Of a stretch of DNA of 32,862 bases, positions 21,102 to 32,862 are shown one piece after another. Origin of the DNA: Octopus sinensis (Eukaryota); contig NW_021832751.1 of assembly GCF_006345805.1 (NCBI RefSeq), positions 1 through 32,862 on the forward strand. The letters run 5' to 3'. The notes below the pieces were generated by a model. It was given only the letters and a program-made list of their open reading frames with translations. It had not been told where the DNA came from and did not search any database. A program made the position numbers and the translations under genes. How positions within the stretch are numbered: position 1 is the stretch's first letter; each line of letters begins with the position of its first letter.

Positions 21102-21325
21102 ATGTGTATATATATATGTGCGTGTATGTATGTGTATATATATATATATAAGTGTGTGTATGTGTATATATATATGTGTGTGTATGTATGTGTATATATA
21201 TATATATATGTGTGTGTGTATGTATATATATATATGTGTGTGTATGTATGTGTATATATATATGTATGTGTATATATGTATATATATATGTGTGTATGTA
21301 TGTGTATATATATATGTGTGTGTGA
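20814..21325. repeat. Mixed (GT)/(AT)/(GTAT) compound microsatellite
   Basis: Directly visible. Confidence 0.95.
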
Positions 21326-21599
21326 GTATTTTTTTATTCTTTTTTCTTTTATGTTCCAGGCTAGTGGCTGCGGCCATGCTGTATGTATCTATCTTGTATG
21401 TATGTGTGCGTGTATGTATATGTATGTATGTATGTGCATATGTAAAAGTATGGATGTATATAAAAATCCATTTACCTATATTTCTTTGAAAGAAAGCAAA
21501 AAAAAAAAAAACCCCAAACTTCCCTCCACCGAATCCTGCTGCTGCAATTAGCCACTTTAGTCACATGACTTCAATTATTTCGTGACCTTATAATACTAA

Positions 21600-23035
21600 C
21601 AATAATAACAACATCGATACCGCCATCGTCACCGCCGTCGCCGCCACCACCACCACCACCGCCACCACCGATATCACCTTTGAACAACATCAATATTAAT
21701 TGGTAACCTGGGGATAAATAACTCCATCCCTACTCCCCCCCCGCTCATTAACACTGCTTATACCAACACCACCACTACCGCTACGAATACTGGAACTGCT
21801 AACACCACTTACACCACCATCCTCAGCAGCAAACCTCCGCCGCCATGATCGGTGACACTTCCTCCAACAACACCACCACCACAAACACATCCCCACCATC
21901 AGTCCCACCGCTAACGCCACCACCACCACCACTAGTGCAAATCCCACCGCCACCGCTAACACCAACACCAACTCACTAAGAACGCTAAAATCACCACCAA
22001 CATCACATTACATCACTACCGTCCCCATCATCATCATCATCATCATCGTCACAAACATTAAGCCACAAACACCGGCGCCAGAACCACCACCACCACAATA
22101 ACATCACATCGTTACCGACACCACCACCACCATCACTAAGGCAACACCACCAGCACCACTACACTACAGCACCAGAAACTGCTAACATTACCACTATTAT
22201 TATCATCTCGTCACAACCATCACCACCACCGCCACCACCACTACCACCACCACCACCACCACCACCACCATCACCACCGCCGTCACCACTACCACACTCA
22301 CCACCACCATCACCACCACCACCACCACCACTACCACCACCACCACAACCACCACCACCATCACCACCACACTCACCACCACCATCACCACCACCACCAT
22401 CACCACCACCACCACCATCACCACCACCACTGCTATCGCAACCTCCACGATCACCGTCACCACCACCATCACCACCCCCCACACACCGCCACCACCACCA
22501 CCACCACACGATCACCACCACCACCACTGCTATCGCAACCTCCACGATCACCGTCACCACCACCATCACCACCACCACCATCACCACCGCCACCACCACC
22601 ACCACCACCACGATCACCACCACCACCACTGCTACCGCAACCTCGACGATCACCACCGTCTCCACCACCATCATTGTCACCACGAAAGCGCTAAGGCACT
22701 AGTGCAAACCACCACAAGCAAACTACATCGACATAACATCGCCAGCATCATCATAAACCTACAACCACGCTACCAATTAACATTAAAACTACCACTACCA
22801 CTAGTTTCAATCATCACCAATACTAACAAATAATACCACATCGATACTACCACCACCACCGACACCGCCACCCTCACCGCCACCGCCACCACCACCACCA
22901 CCAGCGCCGCCACACACCACCACCACCACCGCCACTACCACCGCCACCGCCAACACCACCGCCAACACCACCGCCACCGCCACCACCACCACCACCACCA
23001 CACCACCAGCGCCGCCACCACCGCCACCACTATAT
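21600..23035. repeat. Approximately 1.4-kb (CCA/ACC/GCC)n low-complexity array with internal duplicated cassettes
   Basis: Directly visible. The cassette ccaccactgctatcgcaacctccacgatcaccgtcaccacc occurs at about 22424 and 22521, with a variant at about 22623. Confidence 0.9.
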
Positions 23036-23099
23036 TATCCCAGCCATTACCAAATAGCAATTTCTGCTGAAATGAGATCAACGTTATCGTCTGCATTCT

Positions 23100-24170
23100 T
23101 CAATTTCTTCCTTATCTCTGCTTTTTCATTTCTCTCCTCCCCTTCATCTCTCTCTCTTTCTCAAACTCATCCTCCCCCCTCTCTCTTTCTCTGTCTCTCT
23201 CTCTCCCTCCCTCCCCCTCTCTCTATAACTCGCTATCTTTCTCTTTATCGCTTTCGTGTCTTACACTCGCTATCTTCCTCTCTCTCTCTTAGTCTCTCAT
23301 TCTCCTTCCTACTCCGTCTATAACCATACACTGACTCTCTTTCCCTCCCTCACTTTACTGTACCGTAACTCTCTCCTAACAACATTCCTAATTTGTATTC
23401 TTCCCCACCAACACCATTAGTTTCTCTCTGTCTCTCTCTCTCTTTCTCTCCCCTCCCTCTTTCTCTCTCAGTCTATCTATTTATCTCTCCTCTTTCTCTC
23501 TACTTGGGAAAGAGGAGGAAGAGATAGATAGAGTGATACTAAAATAAAAACTTCTCACACACACACACACATATATTATAATTTCTATGTTATATATAGG
23601 AATACATACATATCGACTAAAAACCCTTCAGGGTGGTGCCCCAGCTTGGTCTCAGTCCAGTGATTGAAAAGTAAAACATACGTATAACACATATATACAT
23701 ACACACACACACACATACATACACACATACATACATACATACACACACATACATACATACATACACACACACATACATACACACATACATACATACATAC
23801 ATACATAGATATATACATACATATATACATACATACATAGCATACACACATACATACATACATACATACACACATACACACATATACATGCACACATACA
23901 TACATACATATATATATACATACATACATACATACATACATACATACACACACACACATACACACATACATACATACACATACATACATACATACATACA
24001 CACATACACACACACATACATACATACATACATTACATACATACATACATACATACATACACACATACATACATACATACATACACACATAGATACATAC
24101 ATAGATACATACATAGATACATACATAGATACATACATACATACATACATAACACACACACACACAGAAC
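23100..24170. repeat. CT-rich tract followed by an (ACAT)n/(AC)n array
   Basis: Directly visible. Confidence 0.9.
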
Positions 24171-24856
24171 ATCACATATTTGCATATGATTCCGCAAGTC
24201 TCATTTTTCATGAAAAATTTTTCCGCCTCGCTCCATTCCTCTTCTAGCTCCCTCCCCGTCTCTCCCTCCCCCCCCCCCGCGCAAACATTTTAATCCCAAA
24301 ACATCAATCCCACCACTACCACCACCACCACCACCATCACACCCGCCCGCCTGACCTCTTTCTCCTCTCCCCCATACCCTTCTCCCGTGCCCCCTACATC
24401 CATCCCATTTATCTTCCTCCACCACATTTACACACACACACACATACGCACGCATACACGCACACACATACACACACACACCTCCTCCTCATCATCTCTA
24501 CCGCCACCGCCACCTCCACCTCCACCTCAGCCAATCATTCCATCCAATTTGACAAACGGTGCCTCTTTAGCGACACCAATTCCGTTACCAAATCTATTGT
24601 TATAAACTGAGTACACAATTAGTGAGTCTCTTGTGAAATTCGTGTCTGTTGTCGCTACTGTGGCGTCCTCGTCCACTTGTTGTTTTGTCATAAATATTGT
24701 TTGTTCATCAGGCATTACACATTTTATATGTATTGTTTATGTGTGAACGTATTTCTGTGTATTTCAAATGGTATCTAATTAATTATGTATGTGTATATTA
24801 TAATATCTATCATTTTAATACGATAAATATATTTATATGTATGATATGATAAATAT

Positions 24857-24901
<45 letters not shown>

Positions 24902-24974
24902 TATATACACACACACATATATATATATATAATATATATAATGTGCATATATATATATATATATATTATATATT

Positions 24975-25192
24975 TTCTTTACTGCCCACAAAGGCTAAAC
25001 ATAGAGGGGACAGACAAAGGGATTAAGTCGATTACATCGACCCCAGTGCGTAACTGGTACTTTATTTATCGACCACGAAAGGATGAAAGGCAAAGTCTAC
25101 CTCGGCGGAATTTGAACTCAGAACGTAACGGCGGACGAAATACGGCTACGCATTTCGCCCGGCGTGCTAACGTTTCTGCCAGCTCACCGCCT
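24975..25192 (-). mobile_element. SINE family 2, full length
   Basis: Reverse complement of the 13043-13270 unit. Confidence 0.9.
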
Positions 25193-25269
25193 TATATATA
25201 TATATATATATAATTGTATTTGTATTATGTATTATATTATATATAATATATGAATTATATATATATATT

Positions 25270-25590
25270 GGATACAGGTACCGCTGTGTTGTTATGGTTC
25301 AACCCTACAGCGCGGCACCTTGACCAAGTATCTTCTATTTTAACACCAGACTGACTATATTTATCTTATAATAGACGGAAACTGTGTGGAAGTCCATCAT
25401 ATATGTGTGTGTGCCTCGCAACCGTTTAACGAGTGTTGCTTTGTTTACATCCCCGTAGTCTAGCGCTTCGGTAAAAAAAAAACTGCTGGCTTAAAATAAG
25501 TACGTGGGGGTTGTTTTTTTTTTTCAAGTAAACCCAACAGGCGATGCTTTAGCATGGCCACAGTCCAGTAATTGAAACAAGTAAAACAGT
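25270..25590 (+). mobile_element. Old, degenerate SINE family 1 copy
   Basis: ggcaccttgaccaagtatcttct...atagacggaaactg...agcatggccacagtccagtaattgaaacaagtaaaa. Confidence 0.65.
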
Positions 25591-25615
25591 GTGTATGTAT
25601 GTGTGTGCATGTATG

Positions 25616-25650
<35 letters not shown>

Positions 25651-26094
25651 TGGGAAAAGAACTTTCAATCCATCCCGTAATTTTAGGAAGGTCGTTCTGG
25701 CCCACCCAAGTCAAACAGACACTTTATTGAGCAGACACTTTCCAACTGTGGCCATCCCCTATTCACAATTCATTCAGTCTAACTACAACCTATGTCTTTT
25801 TTCTTCTATCTAAGGCAACAAAGTATGATTTCAATGAAATTTAGCTGCTATATCTCGCAGCTCGAACGACCAGGTAATCTCTCTCTCTCTACCGTTGGTA
25901 CGTCATCGTAGAGAGATGGTGTGTTTCTAGCTAACCAATTCCGCAATATAAAAAGTTCTTCAAGACTCGGTCGAAGCGATTCACTTCTCTTATCCTCACC
26001 CACCCACCCCGCCACCATTTATTTCGCCTTCTTCCGGTTGTGCAAGACCGCGATGTGGACTAAAAAAATGCCATTTTCTTTTCACTACATAATA

Positions 26095-26570
26095 GACAGA
26101 TAGAATAAGTACTGGGCTTACAAAGAATAAGAAGTCCTGGGGTCGATTTGTTCGACTAAAGGTGGTGCTCCAGCATGGCCGCAGTCAAATGACTAAAACA
26201 AGTATAAGAGTAAAGAGATGAAGACAGCGAGTGGGCAGAATCATTGGTATGTCGCCCAAAATGCATAGCCTCATTTTCTTCCGGTTGTTTACCTCCTGAG
26301 TTCAAATCCAGCCGATATCAACTTCGCCTTTCATCTCTTCGGGATCGATAAAATAAATGACCAGTCAAGCATTGGAGTCGATGTAATCGATTTCCCCCTC
26401 CACTTAAAATTGTTGTCCTTGTGCCAGAAATTAAAAGATTTTATTAAGGCGGCGAGCTAGCAGAATCGTTAGTACACAGGGCAAACATGCTTAGCGACAT
26501 TTTGTATGTCTTCATGTTCTGAGTTCAAAGTCCGCCGCGGTCGATTTTGCGTTTCATCCTTTCAGAGGGC
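26095..26570 (+). mobile_element. SINE cluster: family 1 tail plus two family 2 fragments
   Basis: Homology to other copies: 26095-26220 is family 1; 26222-26440 and 26447-26570 are family 2. Confidence 0.75.
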
Positions 26571-26660
26571 GATGCATCGTTGGTATAGCGGGCCAAAACC
26601 TCGAAGTCACTATCAACAACATTATTGCTTAAGAATAATATATACACACATACATATATC

Positions 26661-27290
26661 GTGGCACTCCGTCGGTTACGCCGACGAGGGTTCCTGTTGA
26701 TCCGATCAACGGAACAGCCTGCTCGTGAAATCAACGCGCAACTGGCTGAGCACTCCACAGACACGTGTACCCTTAACGTAGTTCTCGGGAAAATTCAGCG
26801 TGACACAGAGTGTGACAAGGCTGGCCCTTTAAAATACAGGTACACACATCATCATCATCATCATCATCATCATCGTTTAACGTCCGCTTTCCATGCTAGC
26901 AGGGGTTGGACGGTTCCACTGGGGTCTGGGAAGCCCGAAGGCTGCACCAGGCCAATCAGATCTGGCTGTGTTTCTACAGCAGGATGCCTTTCCTAATGCC
27001 AACTACTCCATTACGATGGTTTTACATACTTTGTGAAGTCACGGCCTGCTCATGAAATTAATAGGCAAATGGCTGAGCATTCCAAAAACACGAGTACTCT
27101 TAACGTAGTTATCAGCGTGACACAGAATGTAACAAGGCTGGTCCCTTTGAATTACTGGTACGACTCATTTCTACCAGCTGTGTGAACTGGAGCAGCATAA
27201 AATAAATTATCTTGTTTAAGGACACAACGGACCGCCGTGAATTGAACTCAAGGTCGTGTGCCAAATGTCCTAAACACTAAACCACGCGAC
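26661..27290 (-). mobile_element. Family 3 SINE fragments (-) interrupted by a (GAT)n-tailed retroposon 3' end at about 26846-27008
   Basis: 26661-26843 and about 27040-27290 are reverse complements of family 3 parts. (cat)n-cgtttaacgtccgctttccatgctagc...ggatgcctttcctaatgccaac looks like a retroposon 3' end with a GAT tail. Confidence 0.65.
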
Positions 27291-27581
27291 TTCACAATGT
27301 ATGTAAAAACTTCATCGGCTCTTAAAGTGCAAATGACAGTCAGAAGCTATTTTCGGAATTCTCGACATGAGAGAGCCTGAGAGATGCCAGTCTCACCCAG
27401 TGAAATGCCGCTGCACTATTTGACGACCGCACTTACTCATGCATAAGTCGCACGCACCCCTAATTCAATGTGGAATCTTGGTACAAAACATTTTTTTCAT
27501 TCATAGATTTAGCTTTGCTCCGTCAGTTTTTTTTTTGTTTTTGTCATCGCTATTTTTTTCAGTAAAAAAATCAAGTATAGG

Positions 27582-27985
27582 CCTAGGAGTGGCTGTGTGG
27601 TAAGTAGCTTGCTTACGAACTACATGGTTCCTGGTTCAGTCCCACTGCGTGGCACCTTGAATAAGTGTCTTCTACTATAGCTTCGGGCCGACCAATGCCT
27701 TGTGAGTGGATTTGGTAGACGGAAACTGAAAGAAGCCTGTCGTATATATATGATGTATGTGCGTGTATATGTTTGTGTGTCTGTGTTTGTCCCCACCCCC
27801 AACATCACTTGACAACCGATGCTGGCGTGTTTACGTCCCCGTCACTTAGCGGTTCGGCAAAAGAGACCGATAGAATAAGTACTAGGCTTACAAAGAATAA
27901 GTCCTGGGGTCGATTTGCTCGACTAAAGGCGGTGATCCAGCATGGCCACAGTCAAATGACTGAAACAAGTAAAAGGGTATAAAAG
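27582..27985 (+). mobile_element. SINE family 1, full length
   Basis: Matches 4592-4981. Confidence 0.9.
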
Positions 27986-28434
27986 AGGATATTAAACAAT
28001 GGGATTTGTACACCAGGAAATACGACCCTTTATAGAACAATGGAAGGCAGCTAAATTTCACCTCACCGCGAATTGAACTCGTAAAATGAAGTGAAGTATT
28101 TTTTATCTTGCCTCGGCTGATCGTTAACAGCTGGTAGACAGATATGGAAAACAAGTAGTTTATTGTTATATATTTCAACTGAATGGGGAATTAATAGATG
28201 TTGCGATATAACTGCGAATGACAGCAAAACGGTTTCATCAAACAGAATCGAATTTGACAGTTTCCTAGCGAGAAAAATTAATAATGTGCTATTCTGCTAT
28301 AATTTATGTATGTAATGCTGAGACTACGGAACGAAAACGATGATATAATCTGCTGTAGATACACTCAGTGAAACAGACATGCACACACGCCCGCACACTT
28401 ATACACACACACACACGCCCGCACACACACACAC

Positions 28435-28469
<35 letters not shown>

Positions 28470-28782
28470 ATACACACACACGCATACACACACACTTACG
28501 CACATATTTATTATAGAGGAAAATGTGTGCGTGATGAATATTGATGAAAAAAAATAAACTGGAAACGACAAAGGACAAATAAACATGGAAATCCTCTCGT
28601 CAGCTATGGTGACCAGGCCGCAAGTGCAGTTTCCGCACAGCTTCTATATTAAACGAACGGTGCGTACCGGTCCAAAATCATGATATATTATGATTCCATC
28701 ATTATCTGCCTAAATTTACTAGCGCCATAACAATGGCCGTGTAAATTATGGGAAGTTTTTCTTACACACCTTATATATATAG

Positions 28783-29169
28783 ATGGAGGCGCAATGGCCC
28801 TGTGGTTAGGGCAGCGGACTCGCGGTCATAGGATCGCGGTTTCGATTCCCAGACCGGGCATTGTGAGTGTTTATTGAGTGAAAACACTTAAAAGCTCCAC
28901 GAGGCTCCGGCAGGGGATGGTGGTGAACCCTGCTGTACTCTTTCACCACAACTTTCTCTCACTCTTACTTCCTGTTTCTGTTGTACCTTGTATTTCAAGG
29001 GGCAGGCCTTGTCACTCTCTGTGTCACGCTGAATATCCCCGAGAACTACGTTAAGGGTGCACGTGTCTGTGGAGTGCTCAGCCACTTACACATTAATTTC
29101 ACGAGCAGGCTGTTCCGTTGATTCGGATCAACCGGAACCCTCATCGTCGTAACCGACGGAGTGCTTCCA
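28783..29169 (+). mobile_element. SINE family 3, full length
   Basis: Near-identical to 8010-8389. Confidence 0.9.
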
Positions 29170-29224
29170 CATATATAGATGTAGAGATAACAAATAAGGC
29201 TAAATGGGCAACCAAACGTGCGAA

Positions 29225-29520
29225 AGTGCGTGGGAACAACTGAAGGTATAACAACTACTACAAGTTCTCCAACCTCTCGGGTGGACGTAACTTCACAACC
29301 CTGGCCAAGCACATATGGTCGTTGAAAGAAAGTGCCACCGAGTACATCATACAGTGGAGGATTCCAGAGAAATGTAAAGCGTACTTCAATAGGAGCAAGA
29401 AGTGTAGATTATGCGTAGCTGATAAAAGAGCGATCTTAAAGAGCTCCCGGTACCCAGGCATCTGCTTAAACAGCAGAATTGTAAATCTTAATCCATGCCA
29501 CACGAAAGGAAGTACATCCT
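29225..29520 (+). pseudogene. Decayed Penelope-like GIY-YIG endonuclease C-terminal fragment
   Basis: GNN*RYNNYYKFSNLSGGRNFTTLAKHIWSLKESATEYIIQWRIPEKCKAYFNRSKKCRLCVADKRAIL...LNSR...CH matches the PLE pattern RYNNH..SF....ST.LS.HIW.LK.....I.W.......C.LC..EK..I.....LN.R.E....C.H. Confidence 0.8.
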
Positions 29521-29731
29521 GTCATACCTGCGTGCCCCATCATGACTACAATCTCCAGTCTCCCAACTTCGGCCGTCCACCAATACCTGGGGGTCTGGCA
29601 AGGAGTTTTACCATAACACACACGAACGCATCCATAAATACTCATGCCCTAGCTCGGCGGACATCCACCTAATAGACTTTTTCCTACTATCCCGAATATA
29701 AGCCTCACACACACACACACATACACACACA

Positions 29732-29794
<63 letters not shown>

Positions 29795-29877
29795 TTGGAA
29801 TTTACCAAAGAAAAGACTAAGATGGATGTGTAAACACCAAACAGATCTATTAGTTTAACGCTCGGGAAGTGAGAAAG

Positions 29878-29915
29878 TCTTTTACGTTTCGAGCCTACGC
29901 TCTTCAACAGAAAGG
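29878..29915 (-). ncRNA. Minimal hammerhead-like motif, family A copy 4
   Basis: Minus strand reads ccuuu CUGUUGA A GAGC guag GCUC GAAAC GUA aaaga, in a family A unit at about 29800-30010. Confidence 0.58.
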
Positions 29916-30010
29916 AACAGAGATAAATAGGGAGAGTAAATAAAAAGGGTTTAGTGACTAGCGATCAATCGTGGCCCATACCGGACAGCGATCAATCATG
30001 GCGAATGCCG

Positions 30011-30059
<49 letters not shown>

Positions 30060-30071
<12 letters not shown>

Positions 30072-30440
30072 CGGCAGTTTGTCTGTGTGTGTTTCTGTGT
30101 GTCTGTTTGCTTGTACCCTCACCCTGACCACGGCTTTCAACCGATTCTGATGAAACTTGACACACACATAGCCCAATGTCATAATTCAAAACTAACGCAG
30201 CGAAAATTTTGAAAAGTTCCCCCAGTTCTGAAAAAAATCGATAAATTCGACATGGGGTCGAGAATCAGAAACACGAACCACAAACTGTCTAGGGGACGCA
30301 ACTCCACCTTTTTTAAATCTCCAAAAAAATTTACCATCATTTTTTTTCCATTTTTTTGCTATTTTTTGGCTATAACTCTCTAAAAATGCTTTATAGTTAT
30401 TTCCCTTACAAACCTGAGCAACGCCGGGCGATACTGCTAG
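30060..30440 (+). mobile_element. Non-autonomous Helitron
   Basis: The 3' end has an imperfect GC hairpin cctgagcaacgccggg (30413-30428), then a spacer and CTAG (30437-30440) followed by T. The 5' end lies in (AT)n and is followed by gtctgt repeats and accgattctgatgaaacttg, typical of small animal Helitrons. Confidence 0.7.
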
Positions 30441-31269
30441 TATATATATATACATGTTTTATCTTTTCAGTCACTAGATTACGGCTAGGTTGGGGCACCG
30501 GCTTGAAGAATTTTTACCACCTTTTGTAACTTATCTCTTACAACTTTTACCTTCATTTCTGGAGCAGACCTATGTCCAGCGTCTCTCTTTCTCTCCATCT
30601 TTTTCCCTTCTCTCTCTACCTTACCCTCTTCTTTCTGACCTGCAAACCTGACAAAACTGTTTGTGTTATCTCTTTTATTAATATTATGATTATGGCCATA
30701 ATGTATGAGAATCTGCGTTCACAAAACTGATTGTGGAATTGTCGAGTATATTTTTGAAAGTATAATTTGCTTTCTAACGTGTCTGCTTAATCGTCATCAT
30801 ATTCCCCAATTTAGTACTTTTTATACATCTGTAATTTTCTTTTCAAATTATTTCTTTCAGAAATTATTGGAGATATATATATGTTGCAATCACGTTTATA
30901 GTTTACACCAGTTACTACCACCTCAGATAAAGTAGCCATATTGACTAACTAGTAAATAATGTTCAAAGAAATATTAAAAAAATTTTTGGAGGACAAACTA
31001 ATTTAATTTTACTTGATAAGTTCCGAGGGCCCTTTTTACGGAAGCGATTGGTCGATTATATCGACTCCAGTTGGAAACTGGTACTTTATTTATCGACCCC
31101 CGAAAGGATGAAAGGCAAAGTCGACACCTTATTTCGTAACGATAATAATACTACGTGTCCCGTAATAAGGACACGTATTTCATAATGCAACCATAATATA
31201 ATAAGCAGTATATGAAGGCTTAAAATTCAACACTTTGTCTTTCCTGTGTTAACAGTGCAATTCAATAAC

Positions 31270-31726
31270 GTTTTAAAGTTATCTCCATAGATTTTCTATG
31301 GAAATTAGAGCCAGCACAGAAAGTTACGATGTTTCATCTACGAATACGTCCATGTAAAATGTAATCAAAGAAAGGGTAAACAGGGAGTGTATTATGGCCG
31401 CATAACGAAGGTAGTATCACTACCAGCAATTGATGTGTACATACCAGCTGCCAGAATTGTATTCAACACGTAAAACTGGAATATCTCATTGTGTATCACC
31501 GCTAACGCTTGCGACTATTTATTTAAGAAATGAGTTCATGGATGGTTAATGGATCGGATTTGATACTGATGACGGAGTAATAATGCTTGAAATATGCATA
31601 TACATTCATTCAACTACTTTTCTTTCTTCGATGGCATTATCTACATAAATGTATTCCTATATGAAATGTCGCAAGTTTGCTGGCTGTAATTTCTCCATAG
31701 AAAATCTGTAGAGATAACGTAAAGAC
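31270..31726. mobile_element. Old MITE with about 78-bp imperfect TIRs
   Basis: 31270-31347 (ttatctccatagattttctatggaaattagagccagca...catctacgaatac) is inverted relative to 31651-31726. No TSD was resolved. Confidence 0.6.
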
Positions 31727-31729
31727 TTT

Positions 31730-31790
<61 letters not shown>

Positions 31791-32005
31791 GTGTGTGTGT
31801 GTGTGTATCAAAATTATACAAAAACATAAGAAAGAGATAGGTGAGTTTGCGCTCTTCCACAGAAAGGAAAATGAGGAAAGAAAACAGGGATATATATATA
31901 TACATATATATATATATAAAGGGAAAGTTTACGAAAATAAACAAAAAAAGAAAGCAGGTGGAGTACAAACAAATGTATTAGTATAACGCTCAGGAATAGA
32001 AAAAG

Positions 32006-32043
32006 TCTTTTACGTTTCGAGCCTACGCTCTTCGACAGAAAGA
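32006..32043 (-). ncRNA. Minimal hammerhead-like motif, family A copy 5 (best preserved)
   Basis: Minus strand reads UCUUU CUGUCGA A GAGC guag GCUC GAAAC GUA AAAGA. Perfect 5-bp stem I, 4-bp stem II, ACGU palindrome and GUA triplet; core position 6 is A to U. The unit spans about 31920-32070. Confidence 0.62.
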
Positions 32044-32262
32044 TACACATAAAAAAACAAGGAGAGAATATATATATATACATATATATATATACATATA
32101 TATATATATACATATATATATATACATATATATATACATACAGAGAGAAGGAAGGAGGGAGATGAGAGATTTATATCAAATAAATAATGCAAACAAGAAA
32201 CCTCGATAGAAAAATATGCTACATAATATTTGATGAGAATCGAAACCTAAGCTTTCGTACTG

Positions 32263-32294
<32 letters not shown>

Positions 32295-32469
32295 ATGTAT
32301 GTATGTATGTATGTATGTATGTATGTATGTATGTATGTATGTATGTATGTGTGTATGTATGTATCGCCACCAACACCGACATTATTATCATCTCCACATT
32401 TGTGCAACGAAGTCTTCCCAGCAGTGGCCTACTTTTCTCTGTAGTTGCTATGACAACCAAAATTTCGCA

Positions 32470-32862
32470 GACCCACCACCACCACCACCACCACCGCCGC
32501 CGCCGCCGCCGCCGCCATCATCACTTCCTCCATCATCCATTTCTCTTCCTCTGCACATTTCATCTACGATTTATTCTCTTCCTCCTTCTGCTCTCATTCG
32601 TACTCTATTTGTCTCTCTCTCTCTCTCTTCCTCTCTCTTTACTTCTCTCTCTGTCTCCCTCTCTCTTTACTTCTCTCTCTCTCTCTCCTCTTCTCTTTCA
32701 ACTCACTCCAACTTCGTCGTTTCCATCGTTTTCCTACCGCTTTTGCTCTTTCTCTCTCATACTACTACCCCTTCTCTCTCCACTCTCTCCTTTACTCTTT
32801 TTATATCTTTCCTCTCACCCCGACCACCTCAACTCAGCCAATTACATTGTTCTCTTCTGTTA
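32470..32862. repeat. (ACC)n(GCC)n followed by a CT-rich low-complexity tract
   Basis: Directly visible. Confidence 0.9.

Noticed and set aside
24527-24715. ORF MPDEQTIFMTK... in unique sequence
   Set aside because: It is short, has no recognised homology and has no convincing splice context.
30147-30160. ctgatgaaac in the Helitron and gcctgatgaac at about 24710 (-)
   Set aside because: CUGAUGA occurs without stem II/GAAA/NUH geometry.
30858-30900. EIIGDIYMLQSRL resembling the guanylyl cyclase motif ETIGDAYMVVSGL
   Set aside because: It is only 13 residues, is followed immediately by a stop, and no other cyclase exons were found; most likely chance.
31152-31177. 9-bp perfect hairpin tacgtgtcc / ggacacgta
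   Set aside because: It is too short to separate from chance or a transposon remnant; Rho-independent terminators do not apply to this eukaryotic DNA.
32229-32252. uUGAUGAGaauCGAAACcua, a hammerhead-like core
   Set aside because: C3 is missing, stem II is at most 1-2 bp, and I could not form stem I from the flanks.

Overview
This is eukaryotic, repeat-dense, apparently non-coding DNA (intron or intergenic). The SINE families and extreme microsatellite load look like Octopus or another coleoid cephalopod; that is my recollection, not a database result. I cannot support any intact host protein-coding gene. Almost all ORFs in the supplied track are translations of microsatellites or SINEs. The window contains more than 30 copies or fragments of several tRNA-headed SINE families, at least seven MITE/DNA-transposon types (several with intact TSDs, some nested), one non-autonomous Helitron, one 5'-truncated RTE-like LINE end, and two decayed Penelope-like (GIY-YIG) fragments. 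The main hidden signal is nine type I hammerhead-ribozyme motifs in four unrelated short repeat families, which look like Penelope pLTR/retrozyme units and mostly abut microsatellites. Three families have the minimal ACGU-palindrome architecture; two of these carry non-canonical core changes. The fourth has a full stem III and sits inside a perfect 60-bp-arm palindrome. Other notable items are a 105-bp-arm fold-back that splits the LINE ORF, a cluster of five AGGTCA half-sites including a perfect DR5, and a YY1/ETS-rich promoter-like patch. None of the ribozyme or regulatory calls has been tested for activity.
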